A stretch of DNA of 8,562 nucleotides, taken from assembly GCF_006345805.1 (NCBI RefSeq), contig NW_021828387.1, positions 1 through 8,562 on the forward strand. The letters run 5' to 3'. Shown here piece after piece: positions 1 to 6,643 of the stretch. The notes under the pieces were generated by a model. That model searched no databases, was not told the origin of the DNA, and was given only the letters and a program-made list of their open reading frames with translations. The DNA is from Octopus sinensis (lineage: Eukaryota). The first letter of the stretch is position 1; each line of letters opens with the position of its first letter. Both the position numbers and the translations under genes were made by a program.

Positions 1-86
1 CAAGAAAATCTTTCCTTATTCTTCGAAGAAATCGGTCCGGAATATTGGGAGCTATTCTCCTCCTCTCTCAAAAGGATGCCAACCAA

Positions 87-158
87 AAATAAATAAATAA
101 ATTAATAAATAAATGAATGAATGAATGAATGAATGAATAAAATAAAATGAAATAAAAA
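87..158. repeat. (TAAA)n/(TGAA)n simple repeat
   Basis: Direct reading: aaaaataaataaataa...atgaatgaatgaatgaataaaataaaa. Confidence 0.9.
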
Positions 159-164
159 AGATAT

Positions 165-359
165 ATTTCTTTATTGCCCACAAGGGGCTAAACACAGAGG
201 GGACAAACAAGGACAGACAAACGGATTAAGTCGATTATATCGACCCCAGTGCGAAACTAGTACTTTATTTATCGACCCCGAAAGGATGAAAGGCAAAGTC
301 GACCTCGGCGGAATTTGAACTCAGAACGTAACGGCAACAAATTACCGCTAAGCATTTCG
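165..359 (-). mobile_element. tRNA-derived SINE, 5'-truncated (octopus-type family)
   Basis: The minus strand reads cgaaatgcttagcggt...ctgagttcaaattccgccgaggtcgactttgcctttcatcctttcggggtcgataaataaagtac. It has a B-box-like GAGTTCAAATTCC (plus 310-322); the A box is absent (truncated). The family is recognised from memory as an abundant Octopus SINE. Confidence 0.8.
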
Positions 360-443
360 GGGTGTCGATAAATTAAGTACCAGTTGCGTACTAGGGTCGG
401 TCTAATCGACTGGCCCCCTCCCGCAAAAAAAATTTCGGGCCTT
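355..443 (+). mobile_element. 3' fragment of a related SINE subfamily
   Basis: tttcggggtgtcgataaattaagtaccagttgcgtactagggtcggtctaatcgact (355-411) aligns with the reverse complement of 229-283, then continues into a different tail (ggccccctccc...aatttcgggcc). Confidence 0.75.
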
Positions 444-445
444 CT

Positions 446-593
446 AAACTAACAGAGAAGCCCATTGCATGTACATATACGTATGTGTGTATGTACTGTG
501 CTTTGTCAACCGTTGTCGGTTTGTTTACGTCCCTTTAACATAAAAATATGTACTGGGGTTGATTTGTTGAATTAAACACTTCAAATAAGTAAT
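446..593 (+). mobile_element. Degenerate, internally deleted 3' half of the same SINE family as 6425-6903
   Basis: Colinear similarity to the 6425 copy: gagaagccc vs aagaagccc; ctttgtcaaccgttgtcggtttgtttacgtccc vs cttgacaaccgatgctagtgtgtttacataccc; ggggttgatttgttgaattaaa vs gaggtcgattggctcgactaaa. Confidence 0.6.
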
Positions 594-635
594 ATGAAAT
601 AAGTAATATGTATATATATATATATTATAAATAAA

Positions 636-1036
636 TCTCTTATTATAAAAGGCAGATTTTATCTGCCTCCCTTTGGGAGTTATACAAATCTACAATATAG
701 GATTTCTTCAATTACAATTTACCTAGCATTTTTAAGAATACAATGCATCGCGTCATGCCAGGTCCAGTTTTTAAAATTTAAACTCCAATTAAGCAAAATT
801 TACAGAAACTCCACATTCTGGTGTGTGTGTCAAATGCTTTTCTTAGTCTGGTTTACACCACACGCAAACGCACACCACAGTGGGCAACGATAAAGTGAAA
901 CTAGATGTAATATTGTTTTCTCTCTATCACGCTGATAGATAACATGAGTAAAATGTATGGGAAGCTAACACATAAGTGTGAGTGAAAATGTTCTTGAAGA
1001 GAGTAAATAGCCAGAGATAGTGATTTGAGGAACACT
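636..1036 (+). mobile_element. Non-autonomous Helitron-like element, family B copy 1 (5' part only)
   Basis: Starts A|TCTCTTATTATAAAAGGCAG (Helitron-type A|TC 5' end) and is a direct repeat of 2548-2997 with exactly the same start. It runs into a (CATA)n tract; no 3' hairpin-CTRR end is seen. Confidence 0.65.
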
Positions 1037-1318
1037 CATACATACATACATACATACATACATACATACATACATACACACACACACATACATACATACA
1101 CACACACATACATACATACACACATACATAATACATACATATACATACATACACACATACACCACACACACACATACACACACACACATTATTGAAGCTT
1201 GAGAACAATCAGATACATTTGCAACACACATCTGTTGAAAATATTATTGTTCACACACATACATATACATATATACATACAGACAGACAGACAGATAGAC
1301 ACACACGCACACACACAT
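1037..1318. repeat. Compound (CATA)n/(CA)n/(CAGA)n microsatellites with a short unique spacer (~1190-1250)
   Basis: Direct reading; explains ORFs 927-1208 and 965-1231. Confidence 0.9.
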
Positions 1319-1320
1319 GA

Positions 1321-1365
1321 TCCAGCATGGCCACAACCTCAAGGCTGAAACATATAAAAGAATAA
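1321..1365 (+). mobile_element. 3'-terminal SINE fragment (family of 6425-6903)
   Basis: tccagcatggccacaacctcaaggctgaaacatataaaagaataa resembles tctagcatggtcgcagacaaacaactgaaacaagt (6871-6903) and carries an A-rich tail. Confidence 0.55.
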
Positions 1366-1377
1366 CAGAATATAAAT

Positions 1378-1452
1378 GTGTGCATGTGTGTGAGAGAGAG
1401 AGTGCGTGTTATATTGTATGTATGTATGTATGTATGTATGTATATATATATA
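1378..1452. repeat. (TG)n/(GA)n/(TATG)n/(TA)n microsatellites
   Basis: Direct reading. Confidence 0.85.
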
Positions 1453-1884
1453 ATAAATGCGGTTTTTTCAACAGCTTGAACTAAAAGTCAGAGGGAAATG
1501 GGATAAACACTTATATTAACTTGCTATAAAAGCAGGTAGTAATTTTATCTTGTCCTTATTCATAGTGCAAGTTTTGAAGAGTGCATTTCGATTTTAACAG
1601 CTATTTTTTCAAAGCTATATTGGAACACCTAGAAGACAAGCCTCATCCTGAAAGATCTGTAGAACTCGACAAGGACATCCTGAAAACCCTGGTGGAACAA
1701 AAATCTCATCGTAACTGTTGAGGAACTAGCAGAGAAGCTTGGATTTGGTCATTCAACCATTCATTGAGACCTGTGTGCTATCGGAAAAGTCAGCAAATTG
1801 GGTCAATGGGTTCCTCACGAACTTTCCGAGTCTAATTGCATGCAGAGAGTGAATGTATGCTTTTCTTTGCTGTCACATCTCACC
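1451..1884 (+). mobile_element. Mariner (Tc1/mariner) element relic: putative 5' non-coding part plus transposase fragment
   Basis: The coding part (1629-1884) is well supported. 1451-1628 is assigned as the element's 5' region from adjacency and recalled similarity only; no complete TIR is seen. Confidence 0.7.
1629..1884 (+). pseudogene. Mariner transposase fragment (second HTH plus linker)
   Basis: Manual translation: LEDKPHPERSVELDKDILKTLVEQ-[+1 frameshift in A-run 1699-1703]-IVTVEELAEKLGFGHSTIH*DLCAIGKVSKLGQWVPHELSESNCMQRVNVCFSLLSH. The WVPHEL mariner signature is at 1807-1824 and an in-frame TGA at 1765-1767. The first HTH and the DD34D catalytic domain are missing. Confidence 0.9.
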
Positions 1885-1901
1885 ACTACTGCCTATGTAT
1901 A

Positions 1902-2527
1902 TCTATATATATAAAACTGTAGTTGTGTGAGTGTCTGTCCCCTTCGATTTAGATTCCTAACTACTCCCACATTTTGCGGTGCAGTTTAACCAAATTCGGG
2001 TAGCTTATAGTCGTGATTCATATCGAGCCCGTCTGAGTATTAGCGCGCGTCTACGATGAGTCTACGATTTTAAAAATAATTTAACATCATTTTTTATTCC
2101 ATTTTAATGCATAATTTTTCGTGTGTCGATGGCGGCGGAGTTGGCGTCCACGCCTGCACCTGTGGGGAAGGGAGTGTAAGGAAATCAACGTCGTAATGCG
2201 TTGTCAAGGAGACCAGCGTTCTTTTAGAACAACGACTTCATGGCTTGAAGACACCAAAACAGAAATGGCTAAGAAAGCTACAGGAGTCTACGATTTAAAA
2301 AAATTTACCATCGTTTTTTTTTCCATTTTAATGCATTTTTTTCGCTATTATATAAGGGAAGTACTCTCTAAAAATGTCTACGATGAGTCAACGATTTTTC
2401 AAAAAATTACCATCATATTTTTTTCATTTTTAATGCATTTTTTGCTATTTTTTGGCTATAACTCTCTAAAAATGCTTATATAGTTATTTCCCTTACAAAC
2501 CCGAGCAACGCCGGGCGATACTGCTAG
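1902..2527 (+). mobile_element. Non-autonomous Helitron, family A copy 1 (complete, 626 bp)
   Basis: 5' A|TCTATATATATAAAAC; 3' hairpin CCCGAGCAACGCCGGG (2500-2515) then CTAG|T (2524-2527). Inserted between A and T without a TSD. Second copy at 3394-3779. Confidence 0.9.
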
Positions 2528-2547
2528 TACATAATAAAATATATATA

Positions 2548-3060
2548 TCTCTTATTATAAAAGGCAGATTTTATCTGCCTCCCTTTGTCACTTATAGAAA
2601 TCTACAATATAGGATTTCTTCAATTACAATTTACCTAGCATTTTAAAGAGTAGAATGCATCGGGTCATGCCAGGTCCAGTTTTTAAAATTTAAACTCCAA
2701 TTAAGCAAAATTTACAGAACTCACATTCTGGTGTGTATGTTCAAATGCTTTTCTTAATGTGGTTTACAGCACACGCAAACGCACACACACACAGTGGTGC
2801 AACGAATAAAGTGAAACTAATCACTGCGTGTGTGTTGACAGGTAGACATAGAATGCGATGGCGTTGGCGATGTAATATTTGTTTCTGTCTATCACGCTGA
2901 TAGATACATGAGTAAAATGTATGGCAAGCTAAGATAAGAGTGAGTGAAAATGTTCTTGGAAGAGAGTAAATAGCGACAGAGTGATTTGAGGAAGACTAAA
3001 CTGAAAGTATAAACAGTGTTTATGTATAAAAAGACGACACTTATATATAGTTATGTATGC
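2548..3060 (+). mobile_element. Non-autonomous Helitron-like element, family B copy 2 (no own 3' end visible)
   Basis: Starts A|TCTCTTATTATAAAAGGCAG and is homologous to 636-1036 up to 2997. The right boundary (~3060) is approximate, set by the start of the piggyBac-like end. Confidence 0.65.
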
Positions 3061-3066
3061 ATCCGT

Positions 3067-3392
3067 TTAAAACCTTTCGTTACCAAACCGCCCGAATTTA
3101 CCTATTCATATTTAAATGAGAATATCAGATAAATCTCTTTAGTACATTCGTGAAAACACGTATTATACTTCGTAAACACTTCAAATACAGTTTTGTACAA
3201 AATCGAAGTGTAATTTTAATTCCGTGAATTATGGGAGATTTTTTCCGAAATTTTTCCTATTGTGTTTTCAAATTTGTAATTCTGACAAAAAATGGATACG
3301 AATTTCATTATATCAAGCAGCGAGTCAGAATTCGAAGGATTTTCTACTGAAGACCTTCATAAATCTAACTCTATGACTGAAAAAAAAAAAGC
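3067..3392 (+). mobile_element. Probable piggyBac-like left end with the start of a transposase ORF
   Basis: TTAA (3067-3070) followed by aaCCTTTCGTTACC, a degenerate TTAA|CCC piggyBac-type terminus. The ORF from ATG 3292 (MDTNFIISSSESEFEGFSTEDL) has the acidic Ser-rich character of piggyBac transposase N-termini and is cut at codon 35 by Helitron A2. No right end is in the window. Confidence 0.45.
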
Positions 3393-3393
3393 A

Positions 3394-3779
3394 TCTTTAT
3401 ATAAGAGTGAAGTGTGTGTCTGTCTCCTACGATTTAGATTCGTAACTACTCCCCATTTTGCGGTGCAGTTTAACCAAAAGCGGGTTTTATAGTCGTGACT
3501 CATATCGAGCCCTTCTGGGTATTAGCGCGCATCTACGATGAGTCTACGATTTAAAAAAAAATTACCATCATATTTTTCCATTTTAATGCATTTTTTCGCT
3601 TTTATATAAGGGAAGTAACTCTCTAAAAATATCTACGATGTGTCAACGATTAAAAAAAAAATTTACCATAATTTTTTTCAATTTTAATGCATTTTTTTGC
3701 TATTTTTTGGCTAAACTCTCTAAAAATGCTTATATAGTTATTTCCTTACAAACCCGAGCAACGCCGGCGATACTGCTAG
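3394..3779 (+). mobile_element. Non-autonomous Helitron, family A copy 2 (386 bp, internally deleted)
   Basis: 5' A|TCTTTATATAAG; 3' hairpin CCCGAGCAACGCCGG (3753-3767) and CTAG|T (3776-3779). Colinear with 1902-2527 except for the missing ~226-bp internal block. Confidence 0.9.
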
Positions 3780-3830
3780 TATATATCTATATATATATAC
3801 ATATATATATATATACATATATATATATAC

Positions 3831-3865
<35 letters not shown>

Positions 3866-3895
3866 AACATATATACATACATACATTCATATATA
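3780..3895. repeat. (TA)n/(TACA)n microsatellite
   Basis: Direct reading. Confidence 0.95.
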
Positions 3896-4172
3896 TGGCT
3901 CTGAGATTAGGGCGTTGCACTCACGATCGAGAGATTGTGGTTTCAATTCCTAGACCGGGTGGTGCGTTGTTTTCTTGAGCGAAACACTTCATCTCACTTT
4001 GTGTTGCGATCACTTCGACCCTGACGCACGGTACACCGCGGTACCTATTCAGACGATGTTGATTTAATGGGGAGGGTGCGGCAAGAACATTTGATCACTA
4101 TAAACAAATCATTTGTGCAGGTCGTTCGGCAAAACCTGAACGCTCTAAACGTCGTCATCAACGGGAAAGTCA
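3896..4172 (+). mobile_element. tRNA-derived SINE, third family, degenerate
   Basis: Degenerate A box (tggctctgagattagg, 3896-), B-box-like GTTTCAATTCC (3940-3950, 9/11 to GGTTCGANNCC), then tgttttcttgagcgaaacacttcat, similar to the ccttgggtaagtgtctt core of the 6425 SINE. The right boundary is approximate. Confidence 0.65.
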
Positions 4173-4174
4173 AT

Positions 4175-4244
4175 TATGCATGTATGTATGTATGTATGTA
4201 TGTATGTATGTATGTATGTATGTATGTATGTATGTATGTATGTA

Positions 4245-4293
<49 letters not shown>

Positions 4294-4305
4294 ATGTATG
4301 TATAT
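4175..4305. repeat. (TATG)n/(TG)n microsatellite
   Basis: Direct reading. Confidence 0.95.
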
Positions 4306-4389
4306 AGGCCAGTTACAGGATTCATTAGAGTCTAAGAGTATCAACATGCAGGACGCTAGTCATGGCTGGGTACTTAGAATTGAGCTTAC

Positions 4390-4432
4390 CGTACGTTAAA
4401 GTGACTCTTAGCTGTCTTTTGTTGGTAGTATA
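4390..4432 (-). other. Candidate 43-nt internal exon of a host gene
   Basis: Minus strand: ttttttgcgtgtacttacAG|TATACTACCAACAAAAGACAGCTAAGAGTCACTTTAACGTACG|GTaagc. Splice-site-like signals on both sides and two open frames (YTTNKRQLRVTLTY; YYQQKTAKSHFNV). No homology recognised. Confidence 0.35.
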
Positions 4433-4454
4433 CTGTAAGTACACGCAAAAAATC

Positions 4455-4465
4455 TATCTATCTAT

Positions 4466-4506
<41 letters not shown>

Positions 4507-4510
4507 TATA

Positions 4511-4549
<39 letters not shown>

Positions 4550-4606
4550 TATTATATATATATAATATATAAATGATATGTATATTATGTATTATATGTA
4601 TATAAT
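4455..4606. repeat. (TCTA)n/(TA)n microsatellite and AT-rich low complexity
   Basis: Direct reading. Confidence 0.95.
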
Positions 4607-6367
4607 GTTAGTTAGTTAGTTAGTTAGTTAATTTGGCTCAAAAGCAAATAGCAAGGCCATGTAGGGGGACATGGAGTTAAGTACAGGGTGGTGTTCATGT
4701 AAAGAGTTCAGGCCACTTGAGGTCCAGGGAGGCTTTGAACAAAGCGGTCGTCGGCATCTTCACCATCTCGTCTGGCAGCTTGTCCATGGATCCGCAACCC
4801 GGACGGAGAAAGCTCCTCTCCTTCGATTGAGATGAAATCGTCGCAGGTAGAGCTTTCGGAATGACCCCGCAGCCGACGCTCCGGAGCAGGAGTGAAGAAC
4901 AGCTCTTCGAGAGGTTACACTTCCCGCTTATGATGTTGTGGGCGAGAATGAGATCACCACGGCGGCGGCGTTTTTCAAGAGAATAAAGGTCGAGCGTCCT
5001 CAGCCTTTCTTCGTAGGACAAATTTTTGAGACCATGAACCATGCGGGTAGCCAGCCTCTGGACTCTTTCGAGATGCTGTATGTCTTTGAGGAGATAAGGA
5101 GAAGAGGCTTGAATCCCATACTCCAATATGGTCTCACCAGCGTGACATAGAGTGGTAGGAATATGGCTGCTGTGAGCATTCCGAATGACCGTCGAATCAA
5201 AAACAGAATTCCGCGCGCTTTGTTGGCAGCATGGACGCACTGGGCCGAAGGCGAAAAGGAGGAATCCACCAAGATACCCAGGTCCTTTACCTGATCGGTC
5301 CTCTCCAGCAGCAGACGACCCGGCTCGAAATCAAGTTGAGTTGCAGGAGTAGAGCCGACAGGCAGATGACAGCACTTTGACACTCAGACACAGGTCCCAA
5401 TCGTTAGACCACTTCCAAATTTGGTGGAGGCATCGACGAAGATCCTCTATACTACCGCGAGGAGCGACCAGTTTGATATCGTCGGCAAATAGAAGGGTGT
5501 GTTGCGTGAGGTCGTCGGGCAAGTCATTTATGAAGACTAAGAACAACAAGGGCCCAAGCACTGAACCTTGAGGCACGCCACTGCTCGCACTGGAGACGTC
5601 GAACCGCGAACCATAAACTTGAACTTGGAAGGAGCGATCTGAGAGGAAGGCACCAACCCATCGTACAATATCCGGATGGAAACTATATGCTTGAAGCTTG
5701 ACAAGTAGTAGGCGGTGGTTTACCGAGTCAAAAGCTTTGGCAAAGTCCAATAAAACGATGTCAACAGCATCACTATCATCGAGGATGCGCGTCACCAATT
5801 CTTCATTACTAGTAAGTTGGTCAAGCATGATCTCTTCGGCACGAAGCCGTGTTGGGAATCAGTGATCGAGGCTGTGTTTAGGAGGTGGAGCATCATACTT
5901 TTCTTAAGGATGGTTTCGAACATCTTGCTGATTATTGATGTAGGGAAACCGGTCGGTAGTTAAGCGGGTCTTCGCGGCTCCCTTCTTGAAAATTGGGCAG
6001 ATTATCGCTGTTCTCCAGTCTGCAGGTATAACACCCGTCGCCAATGACATATTGAATAGTCGTTGTAAGGGCTCGCAGATGACGGAGCCAACGCTTTGAT
6101 AAACCCGTGGGTGTATGCCGTCAGGGCCGTGACCCTTGTTGACATCGAGGCCTTGAATAAACACGTTTGACTTCGTCCGCGCGTGATGACAATCGAAGCA
6201 TTGGAGGTACCGATCTATCAAATGGAGGGGGTTCACGACCATCATCTTGTTTGAAAAATAGTTGAAAAAGCTCGGCAAATAATTGACTCTGTTGAAAGGG
6301 TCCTCAATCGATACGCCTGTTGAGTCTACCAACGTTTGCAAATCTGGTGTTCAAGCGGGAATTCCGC
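4607..6367 (-). mobile_element. 5'-truncated CR1-clade non-LTR retrotransposon (LINE)
   Basis: RT-coding frames, stop codon at 4697-4695, a 64-nt 3' UTR with hairpin CCATGT-N6-ACATGG (4657-4674), and a (TAAC)6 tail (4607-4630). No endonuclease domain or ORF1 is present (truncated at ~6367). Confidence 0.95.
4695..6360 (-). pseudogene. LINE ORF2 reverse transcriptase plus C-terminal region, frameshifted as given
   Basis: GPDGIHPR, WRTAIICPIFKKG, NYRPVSL, SQHGF, DFAKAFDSV (5747-5721), PQGSVLGPLLF (5573-5541), FADD (5489-5478), KDLGILVD, and LERVQRLATRMV...YEERL...LEKRRRRGDLI, typical of the CR1 clade. Confidence 0.95.
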
Positions 6368-6424
6368 ATATATATGATATGATATGTATATATACACCCC
6401 ACTTCTGACAAGCACTTTTATATA

Positions 6425-6612
6425 GGCGTACAAGTGGCTGTGTGGTAACTTCCTTACCAACCACATGATTCCTGGTTCAGTCCCACTGCGTGGCACCTTG
6501 GGTAAGTGTCTTCTACTATAGCCTCGAGCCGACCAAAGCCTTGTGAGTGGATTTGGCGACGGAAACTGAAAAGAAGCCCGTCGTATATATATATATATAT
6601 ATATAGATATAT

Positions 6613-6643
<31 letters not shown>

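Noticed and set aside
1-100. Open frame QENLSLFFEEIGPEYWELFSSSLKRMPTKNK* followed by a (TAAA)n tail
   Set aside because: It could be a retroelement 3' end or a last exon, but it is cut by the window edge and has no recognisable motif.
927-1231. ORFs of 88-93 aa rich in CVYM; likewise 3638-3920, 4067-4565, 6454-6901, 6903-7118 and 8022-8345
   Set aside because: They are translations of (CATA)n, (TG)n and (TA)n microsatellites, which lack stop codons in some frames; not genes.
2058-2450. Repeated ~60-nt units separated by unique sequence, superficially CRISPR-like
   Set aside because: Only 2-3 degenerate units with irregular spacing, inside a eukaryotic Helitron, with no cas genes.
4320-4370. 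Plus-strand exon candidate ttacAG|GATTC...TGG|GTactt
   Set aside because: No polypyrimidine tract and a weak donor; the minus-strand candidate at 4390-4432 has better signals.
4938-5571. Plus-strand ORFs 4938-5150 and 5377-5571
   Set aside because: Antisense shadows of the GC-rich LINE RT coding sequence.
4573-6392. Target-site duplication of the LINE (atgatatgtatat at 4573-4585 and 6379-6391)
   Set aside because: The matches are not adjacent to the element ends and lie in AT microsatellite where such matches are expected by chance.
6425-6490. tRNA gene
   Set aside because: A and B boxes are present but there is no complete cloverleaf or downstream T-run terminator, and it continues into the SINE body. 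The same applies to 3896-3955.
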